Source: a virus. From it: a stretch of 64,000 bases of DNA. Positions 1 through 8,389 of the stretch are shown in pieces. The stretch is from positions 6,373 through 70,372 of the IMG/VR virus record IMGVR_UViG_3300030419_001717; one strand, given 5' to 3'. The notes under the pieces are model-generated. The model was not told the origin of the DNA, made no database searches, and saw only the letters and a program-made list of their open reading frames with translations. How positions within the stretch are numbered: the first letter of the stretch is position 1; the number at the start of each line of letters is the position of its first letter. Position numbers and translations under genes: made by a program.

Positions 1-1146
1 ACGTTGATAAGGAATGTCATGTCCACCACTTTTAGGGCTAATCTCTTCAATATAGATAAGTCGTGCAATATCCTCTCCACCATTATCCCCCATAAGTTTC
101 TCCCTTGCCCATCCGGTAATAACAGTAGAGTTAACAGATTTACCAACATCAACGCCGATAGTAATTTCAGGAGGATAATCTCCTGTTTCGATAGTTTCTC
201 GTGTCCACGGTTCATAGTCTTCAAAACAGTCCCTTAGTTTTTCTGGATTGAATATCTGCGATACACTCTCTACAAACTCACATTCGTATTCTGTCCTCCA
301 GTAGATAGAATCTTCTCCCCATTCAGTCATCTTATCTAACATTTCTAATTCAGTATAAGGAGGTGAATATGCGTCTCCTTGTTCGATAGCGTCTTTCCAT
401 GTAAAGTGTAATCTAGTAAAGGTATTTTCATACGCATCTGAGTACAAATACCTATACATGTGATTCTCTTTTGACTTTGGTGTACCTAAATTTATGAACG
501 GGGCCTTATTTGAAACTATCGCTGGTTCTACGTTATCCACAAACAAATTATCATCAATTAAAGGACTTTCATCTACAATACACATAGTAGGATGTTGTCC
601 TCGTATAGCTTGTCCTTGGTTACTAGGCGCCAATGGAGCTCTACGCATCATTGTGCCCCCCTTCATGCGTATATGGGGCTTATTATGAAATTTATAATTA
701 TCTACCAAACTATCTAAAAATTTATTATCTTTGAAGTTTCTATACACATATCCAAAGATTAATGCTGCTTGGTCTTCAGATGGAGCTAATACAAATATTA
801 AATCTCTAAACCTTTTAAAAAACATATAGATAGTAACAGCTACAGCAAGAGCATATGATTTACCACTTCCTCTTGGTGCGAGAATAGCTAATTTACGCTG
901 ACCACCATCTTCGCGATGTGTTAATGATTTAACTATTATTTGTTCTTGTAGTGGTCTTAATCTTAAAGGACGTTGTTTATTATCAATTAAATATGTTTCA
1001 CAAAATGCTTTTACTAATTTAAGCATTTTATCTTCACTATGTCTACATTTTTCGAATATCTCTTCAAGGCTACGTGTATCGTAAGCGCCTTTACCTATCA
1101 GTGCTGTCTTCAGTTTCTTTGTCTCTTCCTTTATCGGTAGCTTCAT
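1..1146 (-). CDS. terL: Terminase large subunit (runs off the left edge)
   Basis: Not in the ORF track. Hand translation from ATG 1146 gives MKLPIKEETKKL..., Walker A ILAPRGSGKS, Walker B MCIVDES, a GTP coupling motif and nuclease motif IGVDVGKSVNST. Confidence 0.9.
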   Translation of the reverse strand, partial: MKLPIKEETKKLKTALIGKGAYDTRSLEEIFEKCRHSEDKMLKLVKAFCETYLIDNKQRPLRLRPLQEQIIVKSLTHREDGGQRKLAILAPRGSGKSYALAVAVTIYMFFKRFRDLIFVLAPSEDQAALIFGYVYRNFKDNKFLDSLVDNYKFHNKPHIRMKGGTMMRRAPLAPSNQGQAIRGQHPTMCIVDESPLIDDNLFVDNVEPAIVSNKAPFINLGTPKSKENHMYRYLYSDAYENTFTRLHFTWKDAIEQGDAYSPPYTELEMLDKMTEWGEDSIYWRTEYECEFVESVSQIFNPEKLRDCFEDYEPWTRETIETGDYPPEITIGVDVGKSVNSTVITGWAREKLMGDNGGEDIARLIYIEEISPKSGGHDIPYQR

Positions 1147-1438
1147 CTGTTAAATCCTCTAAAAACCCTGCAAACCCTTCAGTTCGTTGTTCTACAACTG
1201 TAGGTATTTCTATATTTAATGCTCTGAATTCAGTATGTATGTCACGAACGATTGAATTTCTTTGGCGCAAGAGCTCTGTTCGTAAGTTAACATCCCGAAT
1301 ATGTAAAGAAATTTCTTCCCAAAGCACGTCTTCAAGAGCAAGATTGCGCGCCAGAAGACGGACAAGCTCTTTATGACGACCATATTCTGCTTCTCCGACT
1401 CTCTGACGTAATCTTTGCTCGTATTCTTCCTCGTTCAA
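1091..1438 (-). CDS. Helical protein, candidate terminase small subunit
   Basis: 115 aa, directly upstream of and overlapping terL; assignment is positional only. Confidence 0.45.
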   Translation of the reverse strand: MNEEEYEQRLRQRVGEAEYGRHKELVRLLARNLALEDVLWEEISLHIRDVNLRTELLRQRNSIVRDIHTEFRALNIEIPTVVEQRTEGFAGFLEDLTDEATDKGRDKETEDSTDR

Positions 1439-1890
1439 AGTGATTTGCCTTCATCAAGGGCTGATTTGACTTTAGACTTGACTAATGCGGCAAGTTCGTC
1501 GTCTTTCTCATCCCATGCTGTGACCAATACATTTCGAACTAAAGAGTCTTTTACGTGCTTTTGTGCTGTAGCATCCAGCTTTTCAAAAGCCTTCATCTGG
1601 GCTTTAGTTAGATTACTATCTAACATCTCCATTAATTCAGCTTCGTTGTTCTTAATGTATTTAAAAACTAACGCTTTAACTGCTGGTACAGTATAAGCAA
1701 TATATCCTGCCATACCTACCACTAATGCAGCCATCGCCATTAATAATGGTTCATCCATTAACGCATCTAACATTCCAGATTCTTCTACAGTATCCAATAT
1801 AGCGGTTAAGTTACCTTCTTCAGCAGTGTTATTTTCTTCTGCTGTCATGTTGCCGCTATTATCGGCTGTGTTATTACTTGTTTCATTCAT
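1435..1890 (-). CDS. Membrane-anchored hypothetical protein
   Basis: Likely start MNETSNN at 1890 after a GGAGA SD; one TM segment (LLMAMAALVVGMAGYIAYTV); several N-x-S/T sequons in the N-terminus. Confidence 0.7.
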   Translation of the reverse strand: MNETSNNTADNSGNMTAEENNTAEEGNLTAILDTVEESGMLDALMDEPLLMAMAALVVGMAGYIAYTVPAVKALVFKYIKNNEAELMEMLDSNLTKAQMKAFEKLDATAQKHVKDSLVRNVLVTAWDEKDDELAALVKSKVKSALDEGKSL

Positions 1891-2012
1891 ATGTTGATAT
1901 CTCCATATTTTTTGGGACTCCCACGTTGGCACTTGCGTTAAGTATCCTGTGGAGCCTTGGCCCTTCTGTGAGAGCCTATACATAGTAGGTCACCCCACTA
2001 TATAAAGCTTAC

Positions 2013-2060
2013 TTATTCCCCGTTACAGCAGTCACATGAGCAGTCTTTACAACAGCACAT
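2013..2060 (-). CDS. Cys-rich micropeptide MCCCKDCSCDCCNGE
   Basis: GGAGA SD upstream; starts 2 nt after the previous stop; 7 Cys in 15 aa. Confidence 0.55.
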   Translation of the reverse strand: MCCCKDCSCDCCNGE

Positions 2061-2062
2061 TA

Positions 2063-2332
2063 TTAGTTCTCCTTTTTCTTCTTTTTAGGGTCTAGTGAAG
2101 GATATGCTTTGTATACTGCCTTTTTAATACCAGAAGGGTTAGGAGCATTGTGTGCATATGATAATGCTGCTTTTGCTCTTTTCTTAGTATTAATAGGGTA
2201 GCTACCTTTAGGTGCTCCTCCAGAAGGACCAGCGAATTTACTAACGTTAGGATACTTCCCTACATTAGAGCCACCGGGCTTTTTGCGTGCTTCAGCTTGT
2301 CTTCGAGCCTTTGATTTTTTATTATAGGCCAT
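2063..2332 (-). CDS. Small basic protein
   Basis: Lys/Arg-rich; GSYPINT..RAKAALSYA segment resembles small phage proteins; translationally coupled. Confidence 0.75.
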   Translation of the reverse strand: MAYNKKSKARRQAEARKKPGGSNVGKYPNVSKFAGPSGGAPKGSYPINTKKRAKAALSYAHNAPNPSGIKKAVYKAYPSLDPKKKKKEN

Positions 2333-2376
2333 TATTTCTTTTTCCTTGTGGTTTTTTTCTTCTTCTTATAAGCCAT
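2332..2376 (-). CDS. 14-aa basic micropeptide MAYKKKKKTTRKKK
   Basis: Fills the gap exactly (TAA-ATG upstream, TAATG overlap downstream) and shares the MAY start of both neighbours. Confidence 0.55.
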   Translation of the reverse strand: MAYKKKKKTTRKKK

Positions 2377-2733
2377 TTAACACTTCCATCTTCTTCTTGC
2401 TTGATTAATTCTTGAATTAGGGTCATTTTGTGTTTTCTTAGAACTTCTCTTTTTCTGTCCTAGTGACCTAGCACAATAAGATTTACGTCTTTTAGCAGCT
2501 TTACTACCTTTCTTAACTTTACCTGTAACTGCTCCTTTAAGTTTAGAACCGGGATTAGCTCTTCTATATGCTTTAATTCCCTTTCTGGTCATACCAGCTC
2601 CAGATTTTGTTTTACGATAGTTAGCTCCTTTACCTTTAGTTGTTTTACGTATAGCCTTACCTTTCTTTCGTTTTTTAGTAGCTTTCCTAGCTTCAGCCTG
2701 ACGGCGTTTCTTAGACTTACTGTTGTAAGCCAT
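2377..2733 (-). CDS. Basic protein, DUF6321-like marine phage family
   Basis: Motif G.T.KG..AYRRANPGSKLK.AVT...RRKSYCARS.GQ...DPNSRI..ARRRWKC. Confidence 0.75.
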   Translation of the reverse strand: MAYNSKSKKRRQAEARKATKKRKKGKAIRKTTKGKGANYRKTKSGAGMTRKGIKAYRRANPGSKLKGAVTGKVKKGSKAAKRRKSYCARSLGQKKRSSKKTQNDPNSRINQARRRWKC

Positions 2734-2735
2734 TT

Positions 2736-3011
2736 TTAATGAGAGCCGCCGTGGTCCGCGTGCTTATTTTTCGAATGTTGTCTCTTACCTATGTGATGTC
2801 CGTGACTTTTTCTGTCTGCTATTTCAGTTTCAGTTACATCTCTAATTTGTTTTAGAGCTTCTTCTTTAGAAATAGCGTGGTGTTCTAGAGCATGGGTATG
2901 GCCACCTACGTGACTGAAAACCTTTTCTCCTGAACCACTCTTTCTCATAGTAAGAGTCTTATCGATATTCTCTTTTTTATTTTCTTTTGCTATAGTTTTA
3001 TTACTGACCAT
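2736..3011 (-). CDS. His-rich hypothetical protein
   Basis: 91-aa ORF, tightly packed in the operon. Confidence 0.65.
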   Translation of the reverse strand: MVSNKTIAKENKKENIDKTLTMRKSGSGEKVFSHVGGHTHALEHHAISKEEALKQIRDVTETEIADRKSHGHHIGKRQHSKNKHADHGGSH

Positions 3012-3013
3012 AT

Positions 3014-3361
3014 TTAATCATCCTGTGCACCGTATATTCTTTTGCCGGGTTCTTGGCTTGCCCCAACTTTACCTAAATATTCTTGGTTGTTTTCGTAAGC
3101 TATATCATAAGTAGTTCCAGAGTATACTTCAGTTATAGCTGGTTTATCTTTAATATAGTCAGGCATCTTATCGTAACAGGTTGTTCCGCGATGTGCAGAC
3201 ATCTCGTTGATTTCATCTTGACTTGGATGTGGCCAGTCTAGAGTCTTTGCGTACTCCTCAGACCAATGTTCTCCTTTGAACAATCCACCAGCCGAAGAAT
3301 CTACAACCTTATCTTTGGTTTGATTACCTTCATATTTTTTATACATCTCTTTTGTTGGCAT
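3014..3361 (-). CDS. Hypothetical protein
   Basis: 115-aa ORF with an AGGAG SD. Confidence 0.7.
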   Translation of the reverse strand: MPTKEMYKKYEGNQTKDKVVDSSAGGLFKGEHWSEEYAKTLDWPHPSQDEINEMSAHRGTTCYDKMPDYIKDKPAITEVYSGTTYDIAYENNQEYLGKVGASQEPGKRIYGAQDD

Positions 3362-3385
3362 TGTTATTCTCCTGTAAGTTCAAAC

Positions 3386-3634
3386 TTACTCTTCTTCTGC
3401 TGCTTCGTCCTCATCAGCCTCTTCTTCAGCTTCTTCTTCTGCCTCTTCTTCTGCTTCTTCCTCAGCAGCTTCTTCTTCGACAGCTTCTTCTTCAGCTTCT
3501 TCTTCGACTAATTCTTCTTCTGCAACTACTTCATCATCGCTCATGCTTTCTCCTAGTAACACTTCTAGTGCTTTAATCTTAACTTCCATCGCTTGCACTT
3601 GGTCGTATAGACTTCTTACTTCAAAATCGTTCAT
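3386..3634 (-). CDS. Coiled-coil protein with an extremely acidic (EEEA)n tail
   Basis: 82 aa; imperfect 12-bp GAAGAAGAAGCN tandem repeat. Confidence 0.75.
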   Translation of the reverse strand: MNDFEVRSLYDQVQAMEVKIKALEVLLGESMSDDEVVAEEELVEEEAEEEAVEEEAAEEEAEEEAEEEAEEEADEDEAAEEE

Positions 3635-4164
3635 TTTTTGTTCTCCATTTTATGTTCTTGTTCTTGAGCCTTTGCTTCTATCATCTGGGATTGTTTCTGA
3701 GCAGCATCATTGTAGTCAATAACAGCTTGTGCTTTTGTTTTATAAAATGCAGTTTTCTCAGCCTGTTCCTGTTTCCAGACATCTAAAGCATCTTTGATGA
3801 TAAGAAGGGCTGGACCTCCTAATATAGCAATCAAAGTTGTATATCCTTCAATCTGTTCAAGAACAGAGTCGTCTTGTAATCCACTGTGTATAACGAACCC
3901 AGCGAATCCTACCCAGAGTAAAACCAATGGTACAGCAATCATAAACATAAATATGTCGTTAAACGTAACTCCTTCACCTTTTTCTTTACTCATTTGTGGT
4001 TTCTCCTTCTTTATTGATTCCTTTGGCACTACTTTTACTGGCTTTGGTTTTACTTGTCTTAATGCTTGGCGCGCAAAATTCACAAGTACCGCGAAAGCAA
4101 TGACAACTGCCATGCTCGCCATAACCACTGCTAGTATTTCTAACACTACTATCCATTCTATCAC
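3631..4164 (-). CDS. Multi-pass membrane protein
   Basis: Three hydrophobic segments followed by a C-terminal coiled coil. Confidence 0.75.
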   Translation of the reverse strand: MIEWIVVLEILAVVMASMAVVIAFAVLVNFARQALRQVKPKPVKVVPKESIKKEKPQMSKEKGEGVTFNDIFMFMIAVPLVLLWVGFAGFVIHSGLQDDSVLEQIEGYTTLIAILGGPALLIIKDALDVWKQEQAEKTAFYKTKAQAVIDYNDAAQKQSQMIEAKAQEQEHKMENKK

Positions 4165-4203
4165 TCCTCTTCTCCTATGCTTTCCAGTAGTTTTTTGTAT
4201 CTA

Positions 4204-5235
4204 CTATACATATAGGACCCATCCCATTTCTTCTAGTTCTCCGTTACCCCAATTAGTGGAATAACCGACATACTCATCTTCTCCGTAATAGTCACCATCT
4301 CCATTATAATCTGCATAATAAGAAGTATAATAGAACCAGTAACCTTCATAAATATCATTAAAGTTTTCTTCTAAGTCATCTTCGAACAGTTCTTCATATT
4401 CGAACCAATGCTCATCTTCTGTCCATCCTGAAACATTAAAGAACACTTTAGTATAGATGTAATTATCATAGTACATAGACTTATTACCATTTTCATCTTC
4501 ATCAATCATGATGTGTACTAAGTCGTAATAAACTAATATAGGTAAGGGGTCTTCCTCATCATCACAATCAGTATCAAAGTCCATATAGAAATCTAAAGAA
4601 TTATTTGATGGTCGAGAGACGTTACCATGAGATAAACCATTCCAAGCATACATATTAGTATGGTTACAGTGGTTTTCTTCGTGTTCATATTCACAAGAGC
4701 CATCATCTTCTGTAGCCCTATCGTTATAGTTATTTGCATCTATATCCATACAACCATATACTGTTTCATTAGTTTGTGTTTCGTTAGTAGTACCATTAGG
4801 GTTTTGATTTAGAATGTTACATCTACCATTATCGTGAGTAGCTTGTGGGTCATAGTTAACCGCCTCGGGGTCAGTACAACCATACACTATCACGACAAAA
4901 TTACAACTACCATCATCGAAGGTAGCGTCAGGATTATAATTAGTGGCGCCATCTTCCATACAGCCCCCGATGGGGCCTTCATCATCTCCATTAAAAAAAT
5001 CATGGAGAATTGTCATGTTGGCCCCCCCACTCAAGAGCGCGAGCATCAATACGGTGATTATAGTTCCTATTTTCTTACCTACTTGGGTTTCTCCAATTTT
5101 ATCAGCAGCTTTGCCAATAGTCTCGAAAAGCTTTTCCTCTTCCTCATCAGAGGGCTTTTTAGGACCGCTAATCCCTAATATCTCTTTTTCTTCATCAGAG
5201 ATTACAGAGATAGCTCCATAATCATCGCGCGCCAT
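4204..5235 (-). CDS. Membrane-anchored surface protein with three GCxD..A.NY...AT.DDG.C repeats
   Basis: TM helix, three Cys-bracketed repeats and an acidic aromatic C-terminal domain; TATA box about 25 nt upstream suggests a leaderless transcript. Confidence 0.8.
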   Translation of the reverse strand: MARDDYGAISVISDEEKEILGISGPKKPSDEEEEKLFETIGKAADKIGETQVGKKIGTIITVLMLALLSGGANMTILHDFFNGDDEGPIGGCMEDGATNYNPDATFDDGSCNFVVIVYGCTDPEAVNYDPQATHDNGRCNILNQNPNGTTNETQTNETVYGCMDIDANNYNDRATEDDGSCEYEHEENHCNHTNMYAWNGLSHGNVSRPSNNSLDFYMDFDTDCDDEEDPLPILVYYDLVHIMIDEDENGNKSMYYDNYIYTKVFFNVSGWTEDEHWFEYEELFEDDLEENFNDIYEGYWFYYTSYYADYNGDGDYYGEDEYVGYSTNWGNGELEEMGWVLYV

Positions 5236-5272
5236 GTTTTTATTTACACAGCGCGACTATATAAAGATTACC

Positions 5273-6244
5273 CTAATCGAACTCAGGAAACTGCTCTTGA
5301 TTCTCTAACTCTATGAGGTCTTTAGTTTTATTATCCAAATCAGCGTAATTTTCCTTTTTACGCTGGAATTTAGGTTTCCACTTTGGGACTTCAACATCGC
5401 AAGGGCCGCCGTTACCTTTATAGAAGGAGCACCACTTACATAAGTTCTGTGGTTTCTGTTCGTATCTATCTTCGTACTCTTCACGCTCTTTTATACAATC
5501 ATGAACAAATTTAATTAAGTCACGGGCTTCATCGAGCTCGTTCTGTGTTATCTTTACAAAAAAGGTATCATCAAAGCGTAGATAGTTAACGCCTACAAAA
5601 TTAGGCATCTCTCCCATCTCTAATGTATACAAAAATGCATAGATAATCAACTGGCGATAATATTCCTCTGATAAATAGGGCCCATAGCGCTTACTGGTCT
5701 TATAATCTAATAATGTGGTACCCCCATCAAAATCATTACATACTACATCAATAACTCCAACTATTGCATACTCTTTTGACTTAACCCACTTCTCAGCATA
5801 CTTAGGTGCTACTGAGTTCCAAGCTTGATATTTGTTTTTAAATATTTTCCATTTAACCATCTCTGTAAGTTTTTTATTAACACTACCTACAAAGTTTTGA
5901 AGTAACTCTTCAGTTTCGGTATACATGGCATCCATTTCTTCTTTGGTGTGTACTTCCCAAAGCCATTTATGTTTAGCTATCTTTTCTTCCCAACCTGTTT
6001 CAAATTGTTCTTGGACCCATGACCGAGGGGCTCCTTTTTCCCAAGCAGTTAAAGATTTAAATTCTTTCTTAAATAGGTCTTCTAAAATTTGATGTACTAA
6101 CGTTCCTCTAAAAAGATGTATTGTTTTCTTTTCAGGCATCTTAGCTATATACTTGTAATAGAATTCTCTTGGACATTTCATGTAAGTATTTATTTTACTT
6201 GGGCTCAACCTCATGTGACTTGATTCCCATTTAACTTCGCTCAT
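5273..6244 (-). CDS. Cas4/RecB-like PD-(D/E)XK exonuclease
   Basis: LSPS.I..Y.KCP, GTLVH, GVID...DYKT, QL.IYA and C..C...C cluster. Confidence 0.88.
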   Translation of the reverse strand: MSEVKWESSHMRLSPSKINTYMKCPREFYYKYIAKMPEKKTIHLFRGTLVHQILEDLFKKEFKSLTAWEKGAPRSWVQEQFETGWEEKIAKHKWLWEVHTKEEMDAMYTETEELLQNFVGSVNKKLTEMVKWKIFKNKYQAWNSVAPKYAEKWVKSKEYAIVGVIDVVCNDFDGGTTLLDYKTSKRYGPYLSEEYYRQLIIYAFLYTLEMGEMPNFVGVNYLRFDDTFFVKITQNELDEARDLIKFVHDCIKEREEYEDRYEQKPQNLCKWCSFYKGNGGPCDVEVPKWKPKFQRKKENYADLDNKTKDLIELENQEQFPEFD

Positions 6245-7032
6245 AGTTCATCCTCATCTTTTTTCAAATTAAAGAAGAATAATTGAAATAGTCTACTATC
6301 ATGAATATTATCACCAAAATAACCACTAGCTGCGTGTATTTTTCTAGCATCAAAAATAACTAATCTATTATAGATATTAGCTACTTCGTCTGTCTTTTCA
6401 AATTGAGTACCATCTAAGTAATTAGACTCATGTGTCCTTAATAATTTCTTTGGGTTATTAGGTGGGTTAGGGTCTGGTGTTCCTTGTTCCCCCGAATATT
6501 TACCAAAGATTGCATCATGCAGAGTTTGCCAAGAACAACTGAAATATTTATAACAGTCTTCGTCTGATTGTGGCATCCAGTCTATACCTGTTGCTTTGTG
6601 TTTATACAGTGAAGTTCCTGTGTTTGTAGGTGCATCTGGTGTTAAAAATAACACACCTGCATATTGTTGAGAATCACAATGGTAAGCTATAGGTGTTCCT
6701 GCTGGACACCATTGAAAACAACCATTGGTAGGGTATTCCCAACCTCCTTCGTGTGTACCTTCCTCAACTTTACCATTCATAACACTTTCAATACATTCTT
6801 TAGCGTTAGTAAAAAATTTGCGGTCTTCTTCACATCTATAACCTACAGCACCATGTGTGCCGGGTTCTTGGAAATGACCTTCTCCAATAGCCCAATTTCT
6901 CACTTCATCAGGGTCATTGTAGAAATGGTCTACAACCACTATAGATGGAGTTCTCACTTCTGCTGCCATAATTTGTTTAGGCAGCTTACGACCCTCAGAA
7001 TCGTATTCCTTTTCATAGAATTCGTCTTTCAT
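6241..7032 (-). CDS. 2OG-Fe(II) oxygenase-like protein (DUF6445-type)
   Basis: VVDHFY.DPD.VR, HCD, YAGVLFLTP, GTSLY, NRLVIFDA.KIH...RLFQLFF; likely start MKDEF at 7032. Confidence 0.8.
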   Translation of the reverse strand: MKDEFYEKEYDSEGRKLPKQIMAAEVRTPSIVVVDHFYNDPDEVRNWAIGEGHFQEPGTHGAVGYRCEEDRKFFTNAKECIESVMNGKVEEGTHEGGWEYPTNGCFQWCPAGTPIAYHCDSQQYAGVLFLTPDAPTNTGTSLYKHKATGIDWMPQSDEDCYKYFSCSWQTLHDAIFGKYSGEQGTPDPNPPNNPKKLLRTHESNYLDGTQFEKTDEVANIYNRLVIFDARKIHAASGYFGDNIHDSRLFQLFFFNLKKDEDEL

Positions 7033-7679
7033 TCTTTCTCCTTGTATGCAATATACATTTCTTGTGATGACGCATTGGAAACACTGTATCCCATATCTTG
7101 TAGGTATATAAAAAGCTTTTCTTTTAACTCTGGTATGTCCCAACACTCAAATAGTATTGGTGGATAACCATTCTGTATAATAGTTCTTTTAGCTCCTTGT
7201 AATACTTCATACTCATGTCCTTCTACGTCTATCTTGATAAGTCCTATATTTTCTATTACAAAACTATCAAGTGTTTTAGTTGTAACTGTATAGGAATCAT
7301 AACTCTCTTTTAAATAAGGAGTATCAAGTCCATTAGTTCCTCCATCTTCATCTCTTTCATGAAAGACACATTCTTTCTCTTGATAGGATAATGGGAGATT
7401 ATATGCAGTTACTTTGTTAGATAACCCAGCCAAAGCTATGTTACCACACAAAATATTATAATTATGTTTGGTTGGTTCAAAAGCAATTACTTCTTTACAG
7501 TAAGGAGCTACAGACCATGTGTAGGTTCCTATGTGGGCTCCTATGTCTACAAAGACTTTTGAACTATCTATATTATCTTTACACCATTCAATAACTAAAT
7601 TTTCAGGTAATGTGTTGTCTACACCTAAATATTGTTCCATATTGTCAGGAATGTAAAATTTATTATCTATTAATTTCAT
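7029..7679 (-). CDS. FkbM-family SAM methyltransferase
   Basis: VDIGAHIG, AFEP and IKIDVEGHEYEVLQGA motifs. Confidence 0.92.
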   Translation of the reverse strand: MKLIDNKFYIPDNMEQYLGVDNTLPENLVIEWCKDNIDSSKVFVDIGAHIGTYTWSVAPYCKEVIAFEPTKHNYNILCGNIALAGLSNKVTAYNLPLSYQEKECVFHERDEDGGTNGLDTPYLKESYDSYTVTTKTLDSFVIENIGLIKIDVEGHEYEVLQGAKRTIIQNGYPPILFECWDIPELKEKLFIYLQDMGYSVSNASSQEMYIAYKEKE

Positions 7680-8389
7680 TCTTGTTGTCTTCCTACATTT
7701 TGTTTTAACTTAGTTATATTATTTAATATACTTGTCTTTATGTCATTTGGAAAATCTTCTCTTTTATTGAGTTCTGTGAATAGTTCACGTGCTTCATCAC
7801 ATTTTCCTACCCACCATGCAGAAACTGCTCTTTGGTATGTACAGCTATGAATACCATAGTATCCTACATCTGTTTGTAGGGGTTGTAGATTAGGGATTTT
7901 AGTTGCTAAATTATAATCATTACTTTCACCCATACAAGCAAATAGATAAGCGTCAAACCATCTTTCATGGTTATCTTCATTACCTTGCCTTTCATAAACT
8001 TGACTTAAAAGTAAATATGCTTCAGGTCTGTTAGGTATTAAAGATATAGCATGTGATAGTGCTATCTTTTCATGTGCCTTTCTACCTCCTTGTTTTTCAT
8101 AACATAATGCCATTCTTAACAAAGCTTCATATGCTAATAAATCATCATCAATAGCTCTCTCTGCACATTGATGGTAAAATCCTATAGCTGATGCTGTTTG
8201 TTCTTTACTCTCATATTCCTGACCACATTTAAACATATTAGTTGGTGTAGGGTCATCTATATAGTCTCTTAGAGAATTTACGCGTGGTGTAGGGTGAAAA
8301 GTAAGTTCTGGTCTACCTTCTAATTCTGATTCTAAATCTTTAACGCGTTGTTGTAACTCTTCATATGTAGGTTTAATTACTTCTTTCAT
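7676..8389 (-). CDS. TPR-like repeat protein
   Basis: Helical repeats such as AISLIPNRPEAYLLLSQVYE and AVSAWWVGKCDEARELF. Confidence 0.75.
   Translation of the reverse strand: MKEVIKPTYEELQQRVKDLESELEGRPELTFHPTPRVNSLRDYIDDPTPTNMFKCGQEYESKEQTASAIGFYHQCAERAIDDDLLAYEALLRMALCYEKQGGRKAHEKIALSHAISLIPNRPEAYLLLSQVYERQGNEDNHERWFDAYLFACMGESNDYNLATKIPNLQPLQTDVGYYGIHSCTYQRAVSAWWVGKCDEARELFTELNKREDFPNDIKTSILNNITKLKQNVGRQQE

Noticed and set aside
4-1376. Plus-strand ORFs 4-237, 494-688 and 1074-1376
   Set aside because: Antisense shadows of the terminase genes.
5273-6244. Cas4-like nuclease as evidence of CRISPR-Cas
   Set aside because: No cas1/cas2 or repeat-spacer array; solo Cas4-like nucleases are common in archaeal viruses.
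7033-7146. N-terminal extension of ORF 6241-7146
   Set aside because: It overlaps the FkbM gene; ATG 7032 has an SD and an ATGA overlap.
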